This document shows positions 19,225 through 29,282 of a stretch of DNA of 64,000 nucleotides, one piece after another. Both the position numbers and the translations under genes were made by a program. The stretch lies in NCBI GenBank assembly GCA_021829645.1, contig JAKBPI010000002.1, forward strand, positions 83,568 to 147,567, written 5' to 3'. The notes beneath the pieces were generated by a model. It was not told the origin of the DNA. It did no database searches and saw only the letters and a list, made by a program, of their open reading frames with translations. This DNA comes from Actinomycetes bacterium. GTDB taxonomy: Bacteria > Actinomycetota > Acidimicrobiia > Acidimicrobiales > Bog-793. Numbering within the stretch: the first letter of the stretch is position 1; each line of letters starts with the position of its first letter.

Positions 19225-19355
19225 ACCGATATTTTACCCCGAAGCCAGGGGAAGGCAAGCATTACTTTTTACCAGTTACCGGTGTTTCTTTGGCCGGCAC
19301 AAACTTACTTAGGCGGCTGTAGATAAAATTCTGCGATAGCGGCTAAAATAAAGCA

Positions 19356-21920
19356 GTGGCTCCGCCGAAAATAGACACAGATGCCGTGCTGGCCGAGAGA
19401 GACAAAAGCTTTGCTCTGGGAGAGTTTTTGTCTTGGGTTTCTGAAATAGGCATCACTCTCTATGAAGCCCAAGAAGAGGCCGTCAGTGCGGTATTCGACG
19501 ACTGTCATACGATTGTCACCACCCCCACTGGCTCCGGCAAAAGTCTTGTCGCTTTGGCTGCGCATTTGTCCGCTATGGCATCCGGGGTAAGGTCGGCTTA
19601 CACGGCTCCGGTAAAAGCTTTGGTGTCAGAGAAATTTTTTTATCTATGCGACGTTTTAGGTCCAGATAAAGTCGGCATGATGACCTCGGATGCCTCCATA
19701 AACCCGGAAGCCCCAGTTATCTGTGCCACGGCAGAAATAGTAGCCAACATGGCGCTTAGGGCTGGGGAAAGCACCCCGTTTGGCCAGGTAGTGATGGATG
19801 AGTTTCACTTTTACGGTGATCCCGAGCGCGGCTGGGCTTGGCAGGTTCCGTTACTTGAGATGAGACATGCCCAGTTCATACTGATGTCAGCCACTCTGGG
19901 AGATACCTCCGCTATTGAAAAAGGCTTATCAACCCGTACGCACAGAGAAGTAGCGGTGATCCGCTCCGTCAGGCGCCCTATTCCGCTTGTATATGACTAC
20001 AGCAGACTTTTACTCCACGACACCATTGGTGAGCTGATACATGCCGACAAGTCTCCTCTCTATGTCGTGCATTTTACACAGGCTTCGGCGGCAAAACATG
20101 CTCAAGCCCTGACCTCGTTACAGGTTCTCACTAAAAGGGAGCGAGAACAAATTGCTGAAGAAATCGGCGATTTTCGTTTTTCAAAAGGTTATGGCGTAAC
20201 CCTTTCCAGGCTACTGCATCACGGTATCGGTATTCATCACGGTGGTATGCTGCCAAAATACAGGCGCCTCGTCGAGCGCTTGGCGCAGAGCGGACTGTTG
20301 AAAATTATCGTGGGTACCGACACCTTGGGGGTCGGCGTCAATATGCCGATCAGAACAGTTCTTCTGACCAGTCTCAATAAATACGACGGAGTTTCCACCA
20401 GACTGCTTTCGGCCAGAGAATTCCATCAGATAACCGGGCGCGCCGGGCGGGCCGGATTTGATCAGGTGGGCTATGCCGTCCTGCAGGCACCGGAACACGT
20501 GGTGGCCAACGAAGAAGCCATTCGCAAAGCAGAAAAGAAAGCCGGATATGGCGCTAAAAAGAAAGTAAAAGTAGTGCCGGTAAAAGCACCTAAAGGTTTT
20601 GTGCATTTTGACGAGACCACTTTCAGAAATCTTATCGCCGCTTCTCCGGAGGCTTTGGTTTCAAGGCTGAAAGTGGATCATGCCGTGATATTGAATATCC
20701 TAGATAGGCCGGGTGACAATTGCCTGGCTCTGCGCAATCTCTTGACGGACAATGACGAAGAACGTTCGGTGCAGCGCAAGCTTATCAGGAAAGCAATAAG
20801 TATTTACCGCTCTCTGCTTGCCGCCGGAGCTTTGGAGAGACTTGCACAAAAAGACGAATTTCAGAGATCGGTCAGGGTATCTCCTGATCTGCAGAGAGAC
20901 TTTGCCCTAAATAATCCGCTCAGCCCCTTTGTTTTGGAGGCCATACCGGTGCTCGATCCGCTTTCTTCCATTTACGACCTGGACGTCATTTCGGTGGTGG
21001 AATCAACGTTGGAAAATCCCGGAGCAATCCTGTCAGCTCAGCTAGATAAGGCGCGCTCTATATTGATAGGCGAGCTCAAATCAGCCGGTGTGGAATATGA
21101 AGAGAGAGTAGAGGCACTTGAAAAACTAGAATATCCGAAGCCACTGCGGGATTTTATCTATGCACTTTTTAACGAGTACAGAAAAGTGCACCCCTGGGCG
21201 AGAGACAATAACATTTCTCCCAAATCGATAGTCAGGGATATGTATGAAATGGCGATGGGCTTTAATGAATATGTCGCTTACTATGGTTTGACCCGCTCGG
21301 AAGGTCTTCTGTTGCGTTACCTTTCCGATGCCTATAGGGCTTTACAGCAAAACATACCCGAAGATTGGAAAACGGACTCCCTGGATGACATCCTTTTGTG
21401 GTTGGGCGAGTTAGTGAGACAGGTGGACTCCAGTCTCTTGGATGAGTGGGAAATGCTTCGAGAGATGGGTGATACCATGGCGGCACTGGGACTAAAGACG
21501 CAGCTGGGCTCCTCTTCTTTAGGGAACAAAGCAGAGAGTGCCTCCGCTTCTCTGAGTGAAAACAAGCGAGCATTTCGGATCATGATTCAGAATGCGGCAT
21601 TTTATAGGGTAGAACTTATTTCTAAAAAGGATACAGAAGCCCTGGCGGAAGGCGAGGAACGGGGAGGTTTTGGCGCCAGGAAGTGGCAAAGTGTCATAGA
21701 CGACTATTTTGCTACTTGTGACTCAGTGGATATTTCTCAGAGTGCAAGAAGCTCAAAGCTGTGTGTCATCACCGAAGGCAAGACATCCTGGCTTGTGGAT
21801 CAAGTGGTTGCCGATCCGAATGAAAACTATGATTTTAGAATCGAAGCAGAAATTGACTTGGCTGAATCGGATCTTGTGGGGTATCCAGCCTGGCGTACGC
21901 TAAGAGCGGGACGCCTGTAG
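19356..21920 (+). CDS. Ski2-like DEAD/DEAH-box helicase with a long C-terminal domain (DUF3516-type architecture)
   Basis: Walker A TPTGSGKS, motif II DEFH, motif III SATL, HHGGMLP, motif VI QITGRAGRAG. About 400-aa C-terminal extension. GTG start. Confidence 0.85.
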   Translation: MAPPKIDTDAVLAERDKSFALGEFLSWVSEIGITLYEAQEEAVSAVFDDCHTIVTTPTGSGKSLVALAAHLSAMASGVRSAYTAPVKALVSEKFFYLCDVLGPDKVGMMTSDASINPEAPVICATAEIVANMALRAGESTPFGQVVMDEFHFYGDPERGWAWQVPLLEMRHAQFILMSATLGDTSAIEKGLSTRTHREVAVIRSVRRPIPLVYDYSRLLLHDTIGELIHADKSPLYVVHFTQASAAKHAQALTSLQVLTKREREQIAEEIGDFRFSKGYGVTLSRLLHHGIGIHHGGMLPKYRRLVERLAQSGLLKIIVGTDTLGVGVNMPIRTVLLTSLNKYDGVSTRLLSAREFHQITGRAGRAGFDQVGYAVLQAPEHVVANEEAIRKAEKKAGYGAKKKVKVVPVKAPKGFVHFDETTFRNLIAASPEALVSRLKVDHAVILNILDRPGDNCLALRNLLTDNDEERSVQRKLIRKAISIYRSLLAAGALERLAQKDEFQRSVRVSPDLQRDFALNNPLSPFVLEAIPVLDPLSSIYDLDVISVVESTLENPGAILSAQLDKARSILIGELKSAGVEYEERVEALEKLEYPKPLRDFIYALFNEYRKVHPWARDNNISPKSIVRDMYEMAMGFNEYVAYYGLTRSEGLLLRYLSDAYRALQQNIPEDWKTDSLDDILLWLGELVRQVDSSLLDEWEMLREMGDTMAALGLKTQLGSSSLGNKAESASASLSENKRAFRIMIQNAAFYRVELISKKDTEALAEGEERGGFGARKWQSVIDDYFATCDSVDISQSARSSKLCVITEGKTSWLVDQVVADPNENYDFRIEAEIDLAESDLVGYPAWRTLRAGRL

Positions 21921-22050
21921 CATGTTTGCCGTCCGGTAATGTGTGCCAAATCTTATTTCTAACCATTACACCCGATAGTTACCGGCTTGCAGGATTGTCA
22001 AATAACGGCTTTTGAAGTATCTGTTTGAGATAATTGTCTCTCAACTCTTC

Positions 22051-23904
22051 TCAGTTGGCCAAAGATTGATTCTCAAAGCTGGTTTCCAAAAAATCGAGTA
22101 CTTCTTTGGCCGGTATGGGTCTGGAGAGCAGAAAACCCTGTCCGGTGGCACACTTTTCTTCCAGGATCTCGTTTAGCTGTATCCTGCGTTCGATGCCTTT
22201 AGCGGCAGTAGTAATGCCGAGAGATTTGCCTAGATTGAAAAGTGATCTGGTGATTTCTTCACCGCCTACCGTGTCCAGGAGTCTCAGTACTAAAGATCCG
22301 TCTATTTTCAGTTGATCGATGGGAAGATGACGGAGCTGGGCCGCCGTTATAAACTCTTTCCCAAAATCATCTACTATCAGGTGAACGCCGAGCTGTTTTA
22401 ATGACTTCAAAATTTGTTGTGAAGTCTCTATATCGTGTAACAGAGCCGTTTCGTTCAGGTCTAATCCGAGCAGATATCCTGGTAAACCTGAGAATTGTAA
22501 AGCCGAAGATACGTCAGCAATGAATCTTTCCGAGTGCAGGTGAGTGTCACTTGTGTTGACAACAACCAACGTCTGATAACCGCTGTCTCGCCACAGGGCG
22601 GCCTGCCGGCAAGCCTCGTGCAGGGCCCAATTGCCAACCTCTTGAAGCAGGTGGGCTTCGGCCAGCATCGGCAAAATTTCTCTGGCAGTCATTGAGCCCT
22701 TGGTGGGGTGCTCGTATCTGATCAGGGCCTCCATGGCTACGACCCGCATCGTATTGAGGTCGAATGCCGGTTGAAAATCAAGGTAAAATCTATTTTCTGC
22801 CAAAGCTCTGCCCAATTCGATATCAAAGCCGGGCAGGGCGGTTTCCTGCAGGGTCATCTCCGGGGCAAAAATTACAAACCTATTTTTACCCGAGGATTTG
22901 GCTTTATACATGGCGATGTCGGCGTTTCTCAGTAATTCGTCCGGTTCTTCTTCGATACCGCTGGCCACTCCGATGCTGGCCGTTACGCGGATTTGATGCC
23001 CCGGAGTTGAAGCAAGAATAAACGGTTCATGTAAAGCCGTGACGAGACGTCTGGCGATTGTGGTTTCGTTGTCCGCACTGCTGGAAGGCTCGGCTGCTAC
23101 CACGAATTCATCTCCGCCCAGTCTGCCCAAGGTGTCGCTGCTCCGCAAGGCCTGTGTAAGGCGTTTGGTAACGGAGCGAAGGAGTTCATCTCCGCCGCTG
23201 TGTCCAAAACTGTCGTTGATCGATTTAAAGTTGTCTATATCCAAGAACAGAACGGTGATCGGCAAGCCTGTCCGTCGGGAACGAAGCAGCATTTGATTTA
23301 TTCTGTCCAAGAGGAGATTTCTGTTAGGTAAAGACGTAAGGGGATCATGGGTAGCCTGAAAAGCCAGTTCTTTTTGGTGTTCTATCACCTCTTGCCGCAG
23401 GTGCTGTCTTACCTGTTCAAAAGAAGTGGACATACGCACCAAAGTGGCATCCGTGCTTCTGTTGATCATGGATAAAGCTTTCAATAGGTCCTGTTGATTT
23501 AAAGAGTTAGTGATAGCATAGTTATGTACAAGTCGAGTGGCAAGATCCCGCCATTTTAAACAGCGCCTGGTAAGTTCGTCCAGAGGTGCTATAGCTTCGG
23601 CTGCCAGTCTGCCAAAGACCGAGGCGGCGATTAGGCCATTTTTTGAAGCATTGTCGATGCTGCCACCCTGCATCCAATCGGACACGGCTTTTGTCGCCTG
23701 CATAGCGGCGTTGAAAAATTCGTTTTCCCCCATCGTACCGAAGTCCACGGAGTTTGGAGTAATGGGTGCCAGAGCATCCACAATTTCTTCACTGTGGTCT
23801 TCAAGGAGTTTACCCAATCTGGCTAAGTCATCGCTTCCGGACGCGTTGGTATCAGTTTCGTCCAGATAGATGTCTTCGTCGCCGAATTCGTCTTTAGGTG
23901 TCAT
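22051..23904 (-). CDS. GGDEF-EAL dual-domain c-di-GMP turnover protein with an uncharacterised N-terminal region
   Basis: Intact GGDEF (RLGGDEFVV) with an RSSD I-site 5 residues upstream. EAL domain motifs EALIRY, DDFG, QGFLLSRP. Confidence 0.9.
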   Translation of the reverse strand: MTPKDEFGDEDIYLDETDTNASGSDDLARLGKLLEDHSEEIVDALAPITPNSVDFGTMGENEFFNAAMQATKAVSDWMQGGSIDNASKNGLIAASVFGRLAAEAIAPLDELTRRCLKWRDLATRLVHNYAITNSLNQQDLLKALSMINRSTDATLVRMSTSFEQVRQHLRQEVIEHQKELAFQATHDPLTSLPNRNLLLDRINQMLLRSRRTGLPITVLFLDIDNFKSINDSFGHSGGDELLRSVTKRLTQALRSSDTLGRLGGDEFVVAAEPSSSADNETTIARRLVTALHEPFILASTPGHQIRVTASIGVASGIEEEPDELLRNADIAMYKAKSSGKNRFVIFAPEMTLQETALPGFDIELGRALAENRFYLDFQPAFDLNTMRVVAMEALIRYEHPTKGSMTAREILPMLAEAHLLQEVGNWALHEACRQAALWRDSGYQTLVVVNTSDTHLHSERFIADVSSALQFSGLPGYLLGLDLNETALLHDIETSQQILKSLKQLGVHLIVDDFGKEFITAAQLRHLPIDQLKIDGSLVLRLLDTVGGEEITRSLFNLGKSLGITTAAKGIERRIQLNEILEEKCATGQGFLLSRPIPAKEVLDFLETSFENQSLAN

Positions 23905-24149
23905 TTGTTTTCAGATTATCGCATAAGGCATGAGTCTCGCTCATCGGCTGACGGCTAATTTACGCTAATTGTCTGATATTTATCTTTTTATGGTCGGTGA
24001 TTTGGTATGGGATACCCAGAGGTGCAATTAAGTATTATGAAATGCGATATAAAATCCGTTTGCTATCGATTTGACGCAAGATGCCCGTCATGTTTTTAGT
24101 TTGATCGCCGGTATTCGTCAGGGTATATCTTGTTATAGTTTAATGAGAG

Positions 24150-25517
24150 ATGCTTTGTGTCAATCCCGCCACCGGTCAAAAGCTGTATGAAATACCAGAG
24201 ATGACAGAGGACGAACTTTACCGCTCATTGGAACTTTCTCGCAGCTGTTTTGCGTCTTATCGCAACACCACTCATGAAGAGCGTTCTGTTAAGTTAAAAG
24301 CTTTTGCCGATGTCATGGAAGCCTCCAAAGCTCATCTTGCCCGCAGGATTACCCAGCAGATGGGTAAACCTATCCGTTCTGCTGTCGCCGAAGTGGAAAA
24401 ATCCGTCAAGGCAATCAGACACTATGCTGCCTATGGGGAAAAATATCTGACAGATGAGGCAATAGAAGCCGGTAGTATTGGGGCAAAAAAGGCCTACAAG
24501 ACATATGAACCACTGGGACCAATCTTGGCCGTCATGCCATGGAATTTCCCAATTTGGCAGGTAATTCGTTTTGCCGCCCCCGCTTTGGCGGCCGGTAACG
24601 TCTGTCTTGTGAAGCACGCCGAAAATGTATGGGAAACCGCCTATGCCTTAGAGGAGTTGTCGCTTGAGGCCGGGTTTCCGCCGGGATGCTTTCTCTCTCT
24701 CAATGTGGGAGTGCCGGCGGTTGAAAAAATAATTTCCTCGGGATTTGTTGCCGGTGTGACACTTACCGGCTCGGTGGTGGTGGGTATAGAGGTGGCGACA
24801 AAATCAGCCCCACACCTACTCCCGGTGGTATTAGAGCTTGGCGGGAGTGATCCTTTCATCGTATTAGAAGATGCAGATTTAGAAAGAGCCAGCTCTTATG
24901 CCGTGATGTCACGCTTTTCTAACGGCGGACAGTCCTGCATAGCGGCAAAGCGCATTATCGTGCATGAGCGGATAAAAGATCCTTTCACAGAACTCTTCTT
25001 GGAAAAAGTTTCTCGGCTGAATGTAGGAGATCCTCTGCAGGAAAAAGTTGATATGGGGCCGGTAGTGAGCGAGAAGGCTCTTTGTGTCTTGGAAGACATG
25101 ATAGATGACGCCGTAATAAAAGGTGCAAAAATTTTATGCGGCGGTAAGCGTTTGTCAAGGAGAGGTTTTTATTTGGAGCCTACCGTTTTGGAAGGTATTA
25201 CTTCGGAAATGGCCGTATACTCACAGGAGGTTTTTGGCCCGGTGGCCTCCCTCTTTACTGCTCTAAGCGATTTGGAAGCAGTGGATATGGCCAACGATAC
25301 CCCATACGGATTAGGTGCTGCCATATGGACGAGCGATGAGGAGAAGGCGCTTTCGTTGGCAAAACTTCTCAGGTGTGGGATGGTGTCGGTCAACAGAGAA
25401 GTGGCTTCATATCCCGAGTTGCCGTTTGGCGGCATAAAAATGTCAGGTTACGGCAGAGAACTCGCTGCCGAGGGAACCAGATCGTTTTGCAATTGTAAGA
25501 CAATTGTTATAGATTAA
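24150..25517 (+). CDS. NAD(P)-dependent aldehyde dehydrogenase (succinate-semialdehyde dehydrogenase-like)
   Basis: ALDH motifs ELGGSDP and catalytic-Cys region NGGQSCIAAKR. 455 aa. Confidence 0.85.
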   Translation: MLCVNPATGQKLYEIPEMTEDELYRSLELSRSCFASYRNTTHEERSVKLKAFADVMEASKAHLARRITQQMGKPIRSAVAEVEKSVKAIRHYAAYGEKYLTDEAIEAGSIGAKKAYKTYEPLGPILAVMPWNFPIWQVIRFAAPALAAGNVCLVKHAENVWETAYALEELSLEAGFPPGCFLSLNVGVPAVEKIISSGFVAGVTLTGSVVVGIEVATKSAPHLLPVVLELGGSDPFIVLEDADLERASSYAVMSRFSNGGQSCIAAKRIIVHERIKDPFTELFLEKVSRLNVGDPLQEKVDMGPVVSEKALCVLEDMIDDAVIKGAKILCGGKRLSRRGFYLEPTVLEGITSEMAVYSQEVFGPVASLFTALSDLEAVDMANDTPYGLGAAIWTSDEEKALSLAKLLRCGMVSVNREVASYPELPFGGIKMSGYGRELAAEGTRSFCNCKTIVID

Positions 25518-25603
25518 TGAATTCCTGCTTTTGCTAACCAAAATCGTAACTTAAAAGTCATCTTGAACTGATTAAGTTGTGTGAATTGGATAACATTTGC
25601 AAG

Positions 25604-26854
25604 ATGAACACTAAGTTTTCTGACGGGAGAAACAAAAAATTAAACGTACTTTTATCGGGACGTTTGATCAAATTGGGTGTGGCCTCTTTGGTGGGATTGG
25701 GAACCCTTTCTGCCATATTGATTTTTTTGACTTCTTCGACAGCGGCACAGAACGTTTCGCTTAAATCTAGACGAAGAGAGACTACTCTGACAGCTTCTAA
25801 AGACAGCGCAGATACCGGAGTAGGTAAAGGCGTACATAAAACTCAGGCGGCCATTAGTCATCCATTACAAATTGTCAGAGAATTTCCTAAAGATCACAGC
25901 CTTGATGCTAACGGGTTGGGAGCCATAGTCGTCAACTTCAACGCACCGCTGAAAAGACACGCTCAGCATCCAACTCTTTCTCCCAAGGTTCCGGGCAGAT
26001 GGCAAAAAACAAATACCTCTTTTGTCTTTAGACCATCGGTGGCAATTTTGCCCAACACACTGGAAACCGTCACGGTTCAAGCCGGTGTGACTTCCAAGAC
26101 CAGAGGGAAATTGGCAAAATCATCTTCTTTTGAATTTGCTACTAGAGCCGGATCTACTTTACGTGTTGATCAAATTTTGGCTGAGCTAAATTACCTGCCC
26201 TTCCACTTTGTTGCGTCTCTGCCTAAAGAGAGAAATCCGGTTATTGGCCTTGTGGATGCCGCCAAATATTTCTGGAATCCCCCCGGCGGTACTTTTAATT
26301 GGGATTTCAAACCACCGGCTTCCTTAGCTGCAAATTGGTCTCCCGGGGTGCAAAACGAGATGTTCTCGGGAGCCCTGGTGGCGTTCGAATCAGATCACAA
26401 TCTACCTATGTCAACCGCGGTGACTACACAGGACTGGCAAGTGCTGTTGAAGGCCTCCATGGATCCGGCGGCATATCAAAATCCGCATGGTTACGACTAT
26501 GCTTTGGTGCAAGAAGGTTCTCCGGAAACACTTACCGTATATCACAACGGACAAGTCGTGCTCGACACTCCGGCCAACACCGGTATTTCTTTGACTCCCA
26601 CGACACTCGGAACCTTTTATGTATACGAAAAACTGCCATATCAGGTTATGAAAGGTGTCAATCCGGACGGAGTCCCTTATGCCGATCCCGTTCAATACGT
26701 ATCCTATTTTGACGGAGGCGAGGCTGTTCACTACATCTATAGGGCCGAGTATGGCTTTCCTCAAAGTCTGGGATGCGTGGAACTTCCCATTACAGCCGCC
26801 CCTACGGCGTATAACTATTTACCGTATGGGACTCTGGTGACAATCGAGCTGTAA
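25604..26854 (+). CDS. L,D-transpeptidase (YkuD domain) with an N-terminal membrane anchor
   Basis: TM segment LIKLGVASLVGLGTLSAILIFL. C-terminal YkuD-like catalytic region HYIYRAEYGFPQSLGCVELP. ATG 25604 chosen; the ORF is open from TTG 25577. Confidence 0.8.
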   Translation: MNTKFSDGRNKKLNVLLSGRLIKLGVASLVGLGTLSAILIFLTSSTAAQNVSLKSRRRETTLTASKDSADTGVGKGVHKTQAAISHPLQIVREFPKDHSLDANGLGAIVVNFNAPLKRHAQHPTLSPKVPGRWQKTNTSFVFRPSVAILPNTLETVTVQAGVTSKTRGKLAKSSSFEFATRAGSTLRVDQILAELNYLPFHFVASLPKERNPVIGLVDAAKYFWNPPGGTFNWDFKPPASLAANWSPGVQNEMFSGALVAFESDHNLPMSTAVTTQDWQVLLKASMDPAAYQNPHGYDYALVQEGSPETLTVYHNGQVVLDTPANTGISLTPTTLGTFYVYEKLPYQVMKGVNPDGVPYADPVQYVSYFDGGEAVHYIYRAEYGFPQSLGCVELPITAAPTAYNYLPYGTLVTIEL

Positions 26855-26888
26855 GATATTATATGTTTGGTGGTAATAAACCATGAGG

Positions 26889-26912
26889 TAGCTATCTAAG
26901 TAGCTATTTTTT
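26889..26912 (+). terminator. Possible weak terminator after the L,D-transpeptidase gene
   Basis: tagcta / tctaag / tagcta hairpin (6-bp AT-rich stem) followed by tttttt. Confidence 0.3.
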
Positions 26913-27774
26913 CTTACCTATTTTGATAAGTTATTACACATAACTATCAAATATTATAGAGTAACCCCTCATATCGTAAGCAGCGAATTGGTATCCGCGC
27001 CGAACAACTTTCTGATAACTCAGATGCTTTGCATCACTTTATTGTCAGCGCAATTCCCGCTGGCATGGGCCATATATGAGATCACGGGATCTCAACAGAA
27101 TGGTAACGGTAGAGAATCTTTTCTCGTGTCGCTTTACTTTGATGAGAAGACAAACGTCGAGCTTATTGTCATGCGGGACTCTCGGAAGCGCTAATCACTT
27201 TGCGGAGTCGTGTCTGGACGGAAACATGACGTATGGGCAGTGCTTCATGCGTGGTCACGCGATACCGTTAACGTGCTTTCCGCTAAACATATGCCAAAGG
27301 CATTATGAGGCCTACTTCATTGAGTAAGAAGATCCAGATCCGGTCCGGTTTGCGGAGGAATGCCGGAGTTTGATGCCTATATCCGGGATGCTTTGGGCGC
27401 AGTGATATGGATTTTTTAATCGCGAAGATGACGAGCAGGTACCAAGTGTTTTTCCCTTGGAAAGAACCTGAACCGGATCCTCCCGGCAACTGTCACCGAA
27501 GCATACCGGGGCTAACTACGGAGGTAAAGAGGTTTGCTTTACCCGTAAAGGCAATAAGTGCCGGTGCAGGGACCTCGGAGTTATCCCCGGAGCCATGGCA
27601 AAAGCTATATTGTGCCCGGTCTGGGCGGTCAGATCGGTTATTATGGATTCCTCATATGGGTAGGGAGACGTCTCTCGCGAAGCTCATTTAAGGATTTCCG
27701 TTAGTTCTCTGAATGACACGGCAAAATCTCGAATGAAAAGGACGGATCGGCATCAGTCGCGAGCATGCTCACAA

Positions 27775-27950
27775 GCCTACTATGAAGCGGTGAAGACAAG
27801 TCGGATCCGGTGGGAGCCGTCCATGGCTGGTTCGGATCCTTAACCATAAAGGAGCGGAAAAGATTCGGGCTTACAAGGATCCCGGTGCTCTGGCATTACG
27901 GCATAAAAGAGCTGATACCGAAAACCGCGTTCTGTGAGCAGATATGCTGT
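27775..27950 (-). pseudogene. Possible decayed fragment of an HUH/Y1 (IS200- or COG1943-like) transposase
   Basis: The minus-strand reading gives TAYLLTERGFRYQLFYAVMPEH. After a 1-nt frame slip it continues GILVSPNLFRSFMVKD. This resembles the ...MP(N/E)HxH-hydrophobic-LL.P core of Y1 transposases. The N-terminus is missing, the second His is lost, and there are several stops downstream. Confidence 0.2.
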
Positions 27951-27971
27951 GTAAAAATCATCAGATGAAGT

Positions 27972-29081
27972 TTACACGTTGAATCTGAATTCGACTACGT
28001 CGCCGTCTTGCATAACGTAGTCTTTGCCTTCGATACGTACTTTCCCTTCGGATCTGGCGTTTGCCACTGATCCGTACTTGATCAGGTCTTCATAGCCGAT
28101 AATTTCAGCCTTGATAAAACCCCTTTGAAAATCGCTGTGAATGACTCCGGCTGCCTCGGGTGCTTTGGCACCGGCCTTGATCGTCCAAGAACGTACTTCT
28201 TTGGGACCGGCAGTCAAAAAACTCTGTAGTCCAAGAGTGGCAAAAGCCGTTTTGATGAGTTGTGATAGACCGGTCTCGTCTTGTCCGTAGGAGGAGAGCA
28301 GTTCCAGCTTTTCTTCCTCCGATAAAGTGTTCATCTCTGCTTCCAGCCCGGCTGACATGAATATGAAGGGAGAGGGAGATACCGCCTCTATAAGTTCTCG
28401 GTGATGATTCGTATCGGAAATGTCGTCTTCTCCGATGTTGAAAACGTAAATGGTTTTTTTGGCCGTCAAAAGGTGCATTTCTTTCAGGTATTTATCGGCA
28501 TATTCGTTGTTTACAAATTCTTTCCCTTGCGGTGAAGTCAGAGCTTTTTCTGCCGTTATGCCTTTTGAGAGTTCCTGGAGTAAAAATTGTACGGCTTCGG
28601 AGGCTTTGGCAGCCTCGGGCTTTACTTTGGCTTCTTTGGCCACTTTGGTGACTCTGGATTCCAAAGTTTCCATATCTGCCAGAATCAATTCGGTGTTAAC
28701 TGTTTCTATGTCCGACAGAGGGTCGGCATGTCCGGCTACATGGATAACATCGGGGTCCGAAAACACCCTGACAACTTGGCATATGACATCCGTTTCCCTG
28801 ATGGCAGCCAGGAATTTATTTCCTAACCCCTCTCCTTTGGACGCTCCGCTGACGATGCCGGCAATATCTACGAAAGTAACGGCGGAAGGAATTATTTTTT
28901 GGCTATCGTAGAGTTCGGCCAATTTTTCTAGTCGTTCGTCCGGGACGTTGACCACGCCCACGTTAGGTTCGATGGTGGCGAAGGGATAGTTAGCCGCCAA
29001 TATATTATTGGATGTCAGGGCGTTAAAAAGCGTTGATTTACCCACGTTGGGCAGACCTACTATCCCTACGGATAAACTCAA
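27972..29081 (-). CDS. ychF: Ribosome-binding ATPase YchF
   Basis: GIVGLPNVGKSTLFNALT P-loop and the conserved C-terminal DGDVVEFRFNV. 369 aa. Confidence 0.95.
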   Translation of the reverse strand: MSLSVGIVGLPNVGKSTLFNALTSNNILAANYPFATIEPNVGVVNVPDERLEKLAELYDSQKIIPSAVTFVDIAGIVSGASKGEGLGNKFLAAIRETDVICQVVRVFSDPDVIHVAGHADPLSDIETVNTELILADMETLESRVTKVAKEAKVKPEAAKASEAVQFLLQELSKGITAEKALTSPQGKEFVNNEYADKYLKEMHLLTAKKTIYVFNIGEDDISDTNHHRELIEAVSPSPFIFMSAGLEAEMNTLSEEEKLELLSSYGQDETGLSQLIKTAFATLGLQSFLTAGPKEVRSWTIKAGAKAPEAAGVIHSDFQRGFIKAEIIGYEDLIKYGSVANARSEGKVRIEGKDYVMQDGDVVEFRFNV

Positions 29082-29282
29082 AGTGTTTTATCTCCTTAGC
29101 TCGACGTTCAGCCATTGTAACAAAGTTTTCCTTTATAAAAAACCTTATGCTTAAAAGTATTACTGAAGCCCGTGTAGTATTTTTCCGGAGGCAGTTATTT
29201 TATTCAGAGATTAGGGTCACATTCTGGTATCTCCTATTGGAAAGAAGACTTTTGTGATTTACCATGAGTACAAGTCGCTAAA

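Noticed and set aside
27076-27327. Plus-strand reading ...ANHFAESCLDGNMTYGQCFMRGHAIPLT..., which faintly resembles the box II region (H.FA....L..G......LGHA...T) of tyrosine recombinases
   Set aside because: The catalytic Arg and Tyr are absent. The spacing to any box I-like segment is far too short. The match rests on a few residues. I kept it only as a possibility inside the ORF-free-gap finding.
27335-27375. ggtccggtttgcggaggaatgccggag, considered as an RNase P (GAGGAAAGUCCGG) or SRP RNA (GGUCCGGAAGGAAGCAGCC) core
   Set aside because: It shows only partial resemblance. The other universally conserved elements of these RNAs (for example ACAGAAnCCGGCUUA in a P4 pairing context, or the SRP GNAR loop helix) are not identifiable around it.
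27810-27845. gggagccgtccatggctggttcggatcc, considered as a group II intron domain V or a tRNA/tmRNA T-arm (GGTTCGgATCC)
   Set aside because: It lacks the 34-nt domain V architecture. The T-stem would be only 2-3 bp. No acceptor-stem or CCA context, and no 5' GUGYG intron boundary, was found.
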